A DNA stretch of 47,809 bases, taken from Candidatus Nomurabacteria bacterium (GTDB lineage: Bacteria > Patescibacteriota > Minisyncoccia > Phycocordibacterales > UBA9973). Below are positions 8,658-16,714 of this stretch, piece after piece. Location: contig JARIGS010000024.1 in the NCBI GenBank assembly GCA_029288725.1, positions 1-47,809 of the forward strand, read 5' to 3'. Both the position numbers and the translations under genes were made by a program. Within the stretch, counting starts at the first letter, position 1, and each line of letters begins with the position of its first letter. The notes beneath the pieces are model-generated. The model ran no database searches, was not told the DNA's origin, and saw only the letters and a program-made list of their open reading frames with translations.

Positions 8658-11600
8658 GTGTCTGCACGCCTCTTTCGTAGTATGAAAAAAATACTATCCT
8701 CCTCATTTCGGACGGCTCTACTGTCAGCATTTTTTTTGCTTGCCCTGTTTGCAAAAGTACAATATGCATCTGCCCAAGTTGCCGCAGACGCTCAAAATGA
8801 CTATGCAAATTATTTGAATCTTTTTGATGACGGCCAAAGTGGCCTTTCTATTCCTAGTGCAGGTGACTTAATTCAGGATTCAACCACTAACGCCGTAACC
8901 GGCTTTAAGGTAAATATCGATCTGGGCTTTACAAGTAATGACAGCGATACTTTAAAGAAAAAATGGGAGCATGTAATACAGACAACAGATCAGGCATTTG
9001 TCATACGAGCCTGTGATAGTGCAAATCCAAACAATTGCTGGATTAACACTATTCCGTATAACACCATAACGACTACGAATGGAAGCCCCGATCTTGTGGG
9101 GACCTCAATTAGCCCTTTATACCAGGTTAATACATTTACTAAGGATGTTTACAATAACCCGATCATACTTTCAAATTTTTCAGTGTTCAGTGGCCCAACC
9201 AAAACCGGAAACTTTAATAGCTACCGCTATAACTACACAAGAGATACGAGTGGCAACAAAGACGAGGGGACAGTAAGTGCTTTCAATGGATTACCGTTAA
9301 CAAATGTTAATTCAGTTAACCTTACCGTTTGGTATTGTGCTGATTCTGTATCAAATGAAACTAACGGTGCTCAGGCATACCAAAAAATTGGCAATATTCT
9401 CAATGATAAAATTGCGACATTTGGAACATTATGTAAGGGGAATTCTTATTTTCGCATCGGTGACCCCATTACTATTACTATACCTGCTACTACCCAAGGA
9501 ATTGCGGCACAGGCAAATACCCAACAAACTACCGTTAGCGGAACTACCAATAAAGATAACTTACCAGAATGCGGCGTTGTTCCTGGATTACAGAACGGTA
9601 CTATTAACGGCTGTGCAGCCCAACTTGCATACGGCGTATATTGGCTCACCGCTTGGTTGGCAGGATTATTTGGAGGGCTGTTTGATTTCTTTATTGGATA
9701 CTCACTGAGCGACGCTTCCTATCGCTTCACTTTTGCCGTTACGGGCTGGAAGCTGGTCCGTGATATTTCCAACGTCTTCTTCATTATCATCATGGTATGG
9801 ACCGGCTTTTCTGCCGTATTCAATACCAGTAAGACTTCAATGAAAAGCGTGGTGCCGAACCTTATCATCAACGCTCTGCTCATCAACTTTAGCTTGTTTG
9901 CCACTCGTGTTGTCATTGATATTTCAAATATCACTGCCCGCATGTTCTATAGCCAAATGATCGTATGTGAGCAGGTAAATATTGATGCGAATGGTAATTG
10001 CCCTCCTGCACAAGCGAAACGAAGCTGGGGGGGATACTGGCCATTGTCGGAAAAAATAATCGGTTCATTCAATCCTCAAGCAATATTTAAAACCAGCGTC
10101 CTTCAGCCGCCTAGCAATACAGGGGCAAATACTACGGCAAATTTTAATGCCCAAAATGCTGCAAGCGCCAGTTCCACTAACGCCCGTGATTATGCAACCT
10201 ATTTCGGCATCGTCTGTCTGATTGCAGCATTTATTATGGTGTTTGTCACTATCATGTTCTTCCGCGTCACCTTCCTCTTTTTAGGAAGAGTAATTGGTTT
10301 ATATATTTGTATGATCTTCTCACCGTTTGCCTTTCTTAGCCGAGACATGCCGCTACTCAGTGGTATTTCAACATTACGATGGAGTGACTGGACAGAAGAA
10401 CTCACCAATTACGCCACCCTTGGGCCAATTTTCTTATTTTTCCTGTATATCATTTATATTTTTCTTTCAAGTAATTTTGTCCAACAAGTTGGGTTTAAAG
10501 ATCCATCCGGAAGCTTTTTCGGTACTGTGCTTGCCATTGTTATTCCTATGCTCATTATTTTCTTCCTGCTTCAGGCAGCACAAAAAGCCGCAGAAAAATT
10601 CTCCGGAGATATTGGAAAAAGGATACAGCAATATGGTGAACGGGTAACAGGTGCAGCAACAGGAACAGCGTTTGGTCTCGCAACCGGAGGGGCTGGATTC
10701 TTGGGAAGAAACGTTGCTGGTAGAGCGATGCAAGCATATGGAAATAGCACCACCGGAAAAAAGGTTATGGTTGACGGCAAGGAAGTCGATGAGACTCGAG
10801 CAATGAGACTTGCAGCTCGATCAGCTACCAGTTGGTCTGCCCGTCAGCAGAACAATTTCTTGCGTTGGGGTCAAACATCGAGCTGGAATGCTGGCAATGC
10901 CGGTGTAAAGGTTGGCGGAAAAGAGTACACGTTAAACACAGGAATAAGCAAGGGATTGGGAGCGTTAGGGGTGAAAACTAATAACCTTGCTGAGAAACTT
11001 AGCTATGTTGGAAAAGATGCAGGAAAAGGTGGCATATTGGCAGTCGACAAAAAACGGGTTGAGGATAGGCAAAAAGAGATTGAAAATAGAATTAAATTTG
11101 ACCATCTAAGTGATGATCAAGCAAAGGCGGTCTGGGAACAGTATAAACAAGATCATATCAATAAAGCTTCTGCGACAGCGGCTGAAAAAACATGGCAAGA
11201 TCATGTTAATGAAGAACCTGCGGTTAAATCAGCAGCAGAAAATCTTGCTCGAATTGAGAAAGAAAACACTGACCTTAAGAATGAACGCCTCAATCTTGAA
11301 AGCGAAGAAACTGCTTTGACCAAAAAGGTTGCTGAAGCTTCAACTCCTAGCGAACACGATCGATATCAAAATCAGCTCACTCAAAATAAGAGCAAGCAAG
11401 CTGCTAACAGAACAGCTCTTGCTGCAAATGAAAATAATCGTACAACTGCTGCCGCACAGCTTGATACCGTCCGAACTAGTACTGTTGACGATCTTAAGAA
11501 AGACGGAAAATACCGACAATCTGAAGCTTACGCGAAAGCGCAGGAAAAGAGCACGCAGGAAGAGGAGACTCGCCTCAACAAATATGGAAAAATCAAAAAT

Positions 11601-12266
11601 GGAAAAGCACTTACCGCGGCAATGCGCGCCGAATACGCAGAGGATCTTCGTCAGAAATCTTTCTGGCTTGAAGATGGTAAACCTCGGTATCTCCCAGGTA
11701 GCTTAGGAGCTGCAACAGCAGCAGCTCTCACCGCTGTTCTTCCTGGTTTTGGAGCACTTATCGGTCTGGCTGTTCTTAAAAACATGACTGGCGGTCTTAT
11801 TGATAATAAGTTCGGCACCATTGATAGTAAGGCTACTAAGAAAATCGTTGACGGCTTTAAGTCATCACAAGGAAAAGGAAACAAGGAGGCACGACTTTCA
11901 ACGGAACTTGATGAGATTAATAATCAAATTAAAAAATCAGTGGAGGTACATTTTGGCAGCAATGCACCAAAGGGAGACGCTGACAGCTGGACTACTGACG
12001 TTATTGAACAAGGACTTGCAGGTCATACATTTGTATTACAAAAAGAAGTAAACGCTATCAGAGCAGAAATTGCCGCCGCTAAAGCAGCAGGAGACGAAAT
12101 ACGAGAACGAGAAAAAGCTGTTGAGGCGCGTGTGAAAGAAAAGCAAATAGAAAAATTGAATAAAATAATCGAGGAAAAGAAGCGGGTGCAAAATGAGTTG
12201 GACAAGGTAAAGGCAGCTAATAAACAAGCTGAGGATAATGAGAGGAATAAAAATAAAGAGAGTTAA
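8658..12266 (+). CDS. Giant VirB6/TrbL-like polytopic membrane protein with coiled-coil tail (1202 aa)
   Basis: Signal-like N-terminus and a large extracytoplasmic N-domain. At least 7 hydrophobic helices follow (GVYWLTAWLAGLFGGLFDFFIGY ... FFGTVLAIVIPMLIIFFLLQAA). The K/E/A/Q-rich tail of about 550 aa contains one further hydrophobic hairpin (LGAATAAALTAVLPGFGALIGLAVL). It lies directly upstream of the VirB3/VirB4-like genes. Alternative start at ATG 8682. Confidence 0.55.
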   Translation: MSARLFRSMKKILSSSFRTALLSAFFLLALFAKVQYASAQVAADAQNDYANYLNLFDDGQSGLSIPSAGDLIQDSTTNAVTGFKVNIDLGFTSNDSDTLKKKWEHVIQTTDQAFVIRACDSANPNNCWINTIPYNTITTTNGSPDLVGTSISPLYQVNTFTKDVYNNPIILSNFSVFSGPTKTGNFNSYRYNYTRDTSGNKDEGTVSAFNGLPLTNVNSVNLTVWYCADSVSNETNGAQAYQKIGNILNDKIATFGTLCKGNSYFRIGDPITITIPATTQGIAAQANTQQTTVSGTTNKDNLPECGVVPGLQNGTINGCAAQLAYGVYWLTAWLAGLFGGLFDFFIGYSLSDASYRFTFAVTGWKLVRDISNVFFIIIMVWTGFSAVFNTSKTSMKSVVPNLIINALLINFSLFATRVVIDISNITARMFYSQMIVCEQVNIDANGNCPPAQAKRSWGGYWPLSEKIIGSFNPQAIFKTSVLQPPSNTGANTTANFNAQNAASASSTNARDYATYFGIVCLIAAFIMVFVTIMFFRVTFLFLGRVIGLYICMIFSPFAFLSRDMPLLSGISTLRWSDWTEELTNYATLGPIFLFFLYIIYIFLSSNFVQQVGFKDPSGSFFGTVLAIVIPMLIIFFLLQAAQKAAEKFSGDIGKRIQQYGERVTGAATGTAFGLATGGAGFLGRNVAGRAMQAYGNSTTGKKVMVDGKEVDETRAMRLAARSATSWSARQQNNFLRWGQTSSWNAGNAGVKVGGKEYTLNTGISKGLGALGVKTNNLAEKLSYVGKDAGKGGILAVDKKRVEDRQKEIENRIKFDHLSDDQAKAVWEQYKQDHINKASATAAEKTWQDHVNEEPAVKSAAENLARIEKENTDLKNERLNLESEETALTKKVAEASTPSEHDRYQNQLTQNKSKQAANRTALAANENNRTTAAAQLDTVRTSTVDDLKKDGKYRQSEAYAKAQEKSTQEEETRLNKYGKIKNGKALTAAMRAEYAEDLRQKSFWLEDGKPRYLPGSLGAATAAALTAVLPGFGALIGLAVLKNMTGGLIDNKFGTIDSKATKKIVDGFKSSQGKGNKEARLSTELDEINNQIKKSVEVHFGSNAPKGDADSWTTDVIEQGLAGHTFVLQKEVNAIRAEIAAAKAAGDEIREREKAVEARVKEKQIEKLNKIIEEKKRVQNELDKVKAANKQAEDNERNKNKES

Positions 12267-12268
12267 GT

Positions 12269-12817
12269 ATGGAAAATACAAATACAACCCTACAAGAGAA
12301 TGAGATCGATAAGGCTTTTGAGAGCTTACCTGAAGAAGTTCAGGACTTTCTTAGCAGCCCTTTATTTGAAGCCATCATACTTGCAATACAAGAAAACTTA
12401 TCACTTACCGATAATCAAAGGGATATTGTAAAATATATTGCTTATGAGCTTTTAATGAAAACAATGACTCCTGAAGAGGGCCTTGAATTGCTAAAAAACA
12501 ATGGGCTTACCGAGGATAGCGCTATAAAAACAATGTATGCTCTTGATAGTGAAGTACTAATCCGGGCAGCAAACATCACTGAGTTCTACACCGATGAAGT
12601 AGAAGTTGGGCTAGAAGACGGATCAACAAACGTACCGTCACCCGATATGAAAAATCTCTCTCTTGCTAGTCTAGCCGATCGTCTCAAGCAAGCCTCTATC
12701 GCTGCGCCGGCAAATCGTTCAGAGTATGGATTGAACAAGCCGGTCAGTCCGACTCCGGCAGTCGAAACTAGCTCTCCTGCTATTGACCCATATCACGAAC
12801 CAATAGACAATGAGTAG
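12269..12817 (+). CDS. Acidic cytoplasmic hypothetical protein, 182 aa
   Basis: No TM helix or signal peptide, and E/D-rich. The ATG lies 2 nt after the previous stop. Unknown family. Confidence 0.6.
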   Translation: MENTNTTLQENEIDKAFESLPEEVQDFLSSPLFEAIILAIQENLSLTDNQRDIVKYIAYELLMKTMTPEEGLELLKNNGLTEDSAIKTMYALDSEVLIRAANITEFYTDEVEVGLEDGSTNVPSPDMKNLSLASLADRLKQASIAAPANRSEYGLNKPVSPTPAVETSSPAIDPYHEPIDNE

Positions 12818-12819
12818 AC

Positions 12820-13215
12820 ATGCAATTCAAAGTGCCACAATTTATCGATATCGAGGATAAGGTATTTGGTCCACTAACCTTTAAGCAGTTTGCCTACCTG
12901 GCCGGGGGAGCGGGCTTTGGTTACTTATCATTCAAATTCCTCCCGACAATTGTCGCGCTTTTCTTGGGACCGGCGATTGTTGCATTTGCTGTTGCCTTGG
13001 CATTCATGACTTACAATGACAAGCCTTTCATTCACGTCGTCGAATCATTTATAAAATTCTACACTCGATCCCGCCTCTATCTCTGGCACAAGCAGGTTCC
13101 TCAGGCAATGCCGACCCAGCGTCCTCAGGCGTCTAGCAATGACCGTGGTACACTTACAGAGAGCAAGCTGAAAACCCTTTCCTGGAGCTTGGACGTCATT
13201 GGAAATAAAAAATAA
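12820..13215 (+). CDS. PrgI/VirB3-like small membrane protein
   Basis: FKVPQFIDIEDKVFGPLTFKQFAYLAGGAGFGYLSF followed by a second TM helix. This matches the pattern remembered for PrgI-family proteins that precede VirB4 in Gram-positive-type T4SS. Confidence 0.55.
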   Translation: MQFKVPQFIDIEDKVFGPLTFKQFAYLAGGAGFGYLSFKFLPTIVALFLGPAIVAFAVALAFMTYNDKPFIHVVESFIKFYTRSRLYLWHKQVPQAMPTQRPQASSNDRGTLTESKLKTLSWSLDVIGNKK

Positions 13216-13216
13216 C

Positions 13217-13858
13217 ATGGCTACCCCTATTGGCACCCCTGCCCAACAATTTGTCCCCGTACAGGAAGTACGCGATGGTATCGTAGTAATGAAAGACGGT
13301 AGTCTTTGCACGGTAGTGCTTGTTTCCTCCATCAACCTCAGCCTGAAATCGTATGATGAGCAAAAGGCGACATTACAACAGTTTCAAAACTTCCTCAATA
13401 CTATTGATTTTCCAATTCAAATCGTCGTGCAATCCCGCAAGTACGATATTCGTCCCTATATTTTGACACTTGAAAACCGCCTCAAGGAGCAAACAGAGCA
13501 GCTTTTGCAGGTCCAGACCAAGGAATACATCCAATTCATTGAAACATTTACCGAACAGGTCAATGTCATGCGCAAGTCATTCTTTGTTGTTATTCCTTAT
13601 ATTCCACCGGTATTGACCAAAAAGAGTGGCATTGGAAAATACCTTTCATTCCTCACACCCTCACGCGCTACCGGCAATGAAACCGTCAGCGACTTTGAAG
13701 AGGAGCGCACCCAGCTCGAAGAGCGTGTCAGCGTGGTAGAACAGGGACTAACAGGGGTAGGGTTGCGCCTCGTACAACTTGGCACTCAGGAAGTAATAGA
13801 AGTGTTGTACAAAACATTCAACCCTGGCGAGACTACCGGTCAGCAAACCAACCAATAA
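13217..13858 (+). CDS. VirB4-like N-terminal domain (upstream part of a VirB4 interrupted by one in-frame TAA)
   Basis: VPVQEVRDGIVVMKDGSLCTVVLVSSINLSLKSYDEQKATLQQFQNFLNTIDFPIQIVVQSRKYDI resembles N-termini of Gram-positive-type VirB4/TcpF/ConE-family ATPases. It is in the same reading frame as 13889..15712. Confidence 0.55.
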   Translation: MATPIGTPAQQFVPVQEVRDGIVVMKDGSLCTVVLVSSINLSLKSYDEQKATLQQFQNFLNTIDFPIQIVVQSRKYDIRPYILTLENRLKEQTEQLLQVQTKEYIQFIETFTEQVNVMRKSFFVVIPYIPPVLTKKSGIGKYLSFLTPSRATGNETVSDFEEERTQLEERVSVVEQGLTGVGLRLVQLGTQEVIEVLYKTFNPGETTGQQTNQ

Positions 13859-13870
13859 TACCTTATCTGG

Positions 13871-13878
13871 TGTATACT
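13871..13878 (+). promoter_or_regulatory. -10 box TGTATACT in the 30-nt VirB4 linker, 10 nt before ATG 13889
   Basis: TGTATACT-aaagccatac-ATG. Confidence 0.4.
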
Positions 13879-13888
13879 AAAGCCATAC

Positions 13889-15712
13889 ATGGCACTGTTT
13901 TCCTCCAAACAATCATCCACCAAGACTGACCGTCTGTTGCCAATTTCTGCAGCAGATGTTCAAGAGTGGGAAAGCATGGAATTGTCTGACAAGATCGCTC
14001 CATCGGCAATTGAAATCACTCCGAAATCGATGCGCATCGGCGATAAGATCGTGCGCACTTTTTTCGTCATTTCATACCCTCGTTATCTCAGCGATAACTG
14101 GCTGACCCCCATTATCAATCTCGACAAGATTTTTGACATTGCCATTTACGTCAACCCAATAGAGACGGCAGAATTGCTGAAGCATTTCCAAAAGAAAATT
14201 GCCGAAGTCGAAAGCCAGATCATCGTTCGCCAGCAAAAGGGTCTCGTCCGCGACCCAGTCCTTGATACTGCCCGAGAAGACTTGGAGGAACTGCGCGACA
14301 ACCTTACCCAGGCCCAGGAAAAAATGTTCGATGTCGGCATGTATATCACCATTTATGCTGATAGTGATACAGACTTGTTCAGAACGGAAAGTGAGATCAA
14401 GTCTATGCTTGAATCCAAGCTTATTTACCTCAAGCCATCACTGTTCCAGGAAGAAGACGGTTTCAAGACAGTTGCCCCATTAGGTTCTGACAAGCTCCAA
14501 GTCACTCAAAAGCTCAATTCAGAGCCTATTTCAAGCATGTTTCCTTTTGTGTCATTTGACCTAACGAGCGAAACCGGCATTCTTTACGGCGTGAACCGTC
14601 ACAACTCAAGCTTGGTTATTTTTGACCGCTTCAGTCTCGAAAACTACAATTCCATTATTTTTGCAAAGTCCGGTTCTGGTAAAAGTTATGCTACCAAACT
14701 AGAGATCATTCGTACGCTTATGTTCGATACAGAGGTGATCGTTATTGACCCGGAACGAGAATACGAATACCTAGCAGAGGCTGTCGGCGGGAGATACTTC
14801 AATATCTCACTGTCTTCAGATCACCATATCAATCCATTCGATTTGCCTATTCCGCGCGAGGATGAATCAGCGGCAGACGTATTGCGCAGCAATATCATCA
14901 ACCTTGTGGGACTATTCCGCATCATGCTTGGTGGTCTTACCCCTGAGGAAGATTCTGTCATCGACCGTGCCATTACTGAGACGTATTCATTGAAGGATAT
15001 TTCGGCTGACTCTGACTTCGCGAATATCGAACCGCCATTGCTCTCTGACTTTGAAATGGTGCTGACCGGTATGGAGGGGACTGACTCGATCCTTCAGCGT
15101 CTTACGAAATACACCCATGGTTCATGGGCAAGCTTCATCAACCAGCCAACCAATGTTGATATCAATAAAAAGTTCGTGGTCTTTTCTGTCCGCGACATGG
15201 AGGATGACTTGAAGCCGGCCGCAATGTATATAGTGACGCACTTTATCTGGAATGCAGTCCGCAAGGAGCTTCGCAAGCGCCTACTGGTGGTGGATGAGGC
15301 ATGGTGGATGATGAAATCAGACGATACCGCATCATTCCTGTATTCTATTGCCAAGCGTGGCCGTAAGTATTACCTTGGTCTCTGCACTATCACTCAGGAC
15401 GTTGGTGACTTCATGAAAAGCCCGTATGGTGTACCAATTGTGACCAACTCTTCTATTCAGCTACTCTTAAAACAGTCGCCTTCAACGATTGATATCCTGC
15501 AAAAGACATTTAACCTCACTGACGAGGAAAAATACCTGCTACTTGAATCAGGGGTAGGGGAAGGCATATTCTTTGCCGGATTGAAACATGTCGCCATCAA
15601 GATTATTGCCTCCTATACGGAGGATCAGATCATTACCTCCGACCCATCACAAGTTATTTCCATTAAAAAGGCCAAGCAGGAATTGGCAGAGGGACAGGCA
15701 GGGAATCAATAG
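13889..15712 (+). CDS. virB4: VirB4-family T4SS ATPase (middle and ATPase domains)
   Basis: IAPSAIEITPKSMRIGDKIVRTFFVISYPRYL, Walker A AKSGSGKSYATK, IDPEREYEYLAEAVGG, Walker B LLVVDEAWWMM, and CTITQDVGDF. No N-terminal TM helices. Confidence 0.85.
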   Translation: MALFSSKQSSTKTDRLLPISAADVQEWESMELSDKIAPSAIEITPKSMRIGDKIVRTFFVISYPRYLSDNWLTPIINLDKIFDIAIYVNPIETAELLKHFQKKIAEVESQIIVRQQKGLVRDPVLDTAREDLEELRDNLTQAQEKMFDVGMYITIYADSDTDLFRTESEIKSMLESKLIYLKPSLFQEEDGFKTVAPLGSDKLQVTQKLNSEPISSMFPFVSFDLTSETGILYGVNRHNSSLVIFDRFSLENYNSIIFAKSGSGKSYATKLEIIRTLMFDTEVIVIDPEREYEYLAEAVGGRYFNISLSSDHHINPFDLPIPREDESAADVLRSNIINLVGLFRIMLGGLTPEEDSVIDRAITETYSLKDISADSDFANIEPPLLSDFEMVLTGMEGTDSILQRLTKYTHGSWASFINQPTNVDINKKFVVFSVRDMEDDLKPAAMYIVTHFIWNAVRKELRKRLLVVDEAWWMMKSDDTASFLYSIAKRGRKYYLGLCTITQDVGDFMKSPYGVPIVTNSSIQLLLKQSPSTIDILQKTFNLTDEEKYLLLESGVGEGIFFAGLKHVAIKIIASYTEDQIITSDPSQVISIKKAKQELAEGQAGNQ

Positions 15713-15715
15713 TGT

Positions 15716-15723
15716 TGTATACT
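15716..15723 (+). promoter_or_regulatory. -10 box TGTATACT, 10 nt before ATG 15734
   Basis: TGTATACT-atatacaaca-ATG. Confidence 0.4.
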
Positions 15724-15733
15724 ATATACAACA

Positions 15734-16693
15734 ATGAAACGAATACTCTCCATCGCTATAGGCGCACTATTGCTCTCAGGCATCGCTCTTGTTGCGGCGC
15801 ATGCCCAACTTGCGACGGCCGACCTTAGTCTCTCTACTGTTCCATTAGACCCTCAGCCACTGCAGTCAGTACAGATCCGTCTCCAAAGTTTTGGCTTTGA
15901 CCTCAGTCAGGCAACTATTACATGGAATTACAACGGCACTCCTATTGCATCAGGTACAGGAAGAACGACTGTTACCGTCACCGCACCCGCCAACGGCCAA
16001 GTGGGTACTGTCTCAGCAACAGCGAGCAGTACTGATTTTTCATCAACAACCGCTACCTTATTGCTCCGTCCCGCCAGTGTCGACGTGATCTGGGAAGGAG
16101 CAGACAGTTACACGCCGCCGTTTTATAAAGGCCGTGCCCTTCCAGCCAATAACGGCCTAATCCGTGTTACTGCTATTCCTGCCATTAGTGCTCCCCGCGG
16201 GCTGACCTATACCTGGTCAGAAAATAGCTCAGTATTGCAGAATAGTTCCGGCTATAACAAAAACAGCATCGTATTTCAAAATGATACGCTCAATACCTTG
16301 GAAAACATTGGCGTAACTGCAACAAGTACTAATTTTTCTGGTAATGGGTCAGTGAGCATAGCGCCCGTAAAACCTACGGTCGTTGGATATTTCAATACTG
16401 ATGGCTATATTGATTATGCCAATGGTTCTACTGATAGTTTAAGTACCGCTGATACAGGCACGATCGTCCATTTCGAACCGTACTTCTTTTCCACACCGCT
16501 AAGCATTTCGCACGACCTAACCTTTGCCTATACCGATAGCAGTGGCAATAATATAGAAACTGGCGACACGCAAAATGAACTGCGTCTTTCTCGCCCCGAT
16601 GGGGGAGGACAGTCACAATTTACCCTTGTTATCAATACGATTATGTACAGCCTGCAGAACCTTTCCCGCAAGTTTTCAGTCAATTTCAATTAA
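15734..16693 (+). CDS. Secreted beta-rich hypothetical protein, 319 aa
   Basis: Signal peptide MKRILSIAIGALLLSGIALVAAHA/QL. T/S-rich and Ig-like in character. No family recognised. Confidence 0.6.
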   Translation: MKRILSIAIGALLLSGIALVAAHAQLATADLSLSTVPLDPQPLQSVQIRLQSFGFDLSQATITWNYNGTPIASGTGRTTVTVTAPANGQVGTVSATASSTDFSSTTATLLLRPASVDVIWEGADSYTPPFYKGRALPANNGLIRVTAIPAISAPRGLTYTWSENSSVLQNSSGYNKNSIVFQNDTLNTLENIGVTATSTNFSGNGSVSIAPVKPTVVGYFNTDGYIDYANGSTDSLSTADTGTIVHFEPYFFSTPLSISHDLTFAYTDSSGNNIETGDTQNELRLSRPDGGGQSQFTLVINTIMYSLQNLSRKFSVNFN

Positions 16694-16699
16694 TATTCG

Positions 16700-16708
16700 T
16701 GATACACT
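16700..16708 (+). promoter_or_regulatory. Extended -10 box TGaTACACT, 6 nt before ATG 16715
   Basis: TGATACACT-actact-ATG. Confidence 0.45.
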
Positions 16709-16714
16709 ACTACT

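Noticed and set aside
13889-15712. Possibility that this ATPase is the VirD4/TraG coupling protein rather than VirB4
   Set aside because: It has no N-terminal TM helices. The DEAW Walker B context and the IAPSAIE...IGDK...R..F...YP middle-domain pattern are VirB4-like. It is preceded by a VirB3/PrgI-like gene.
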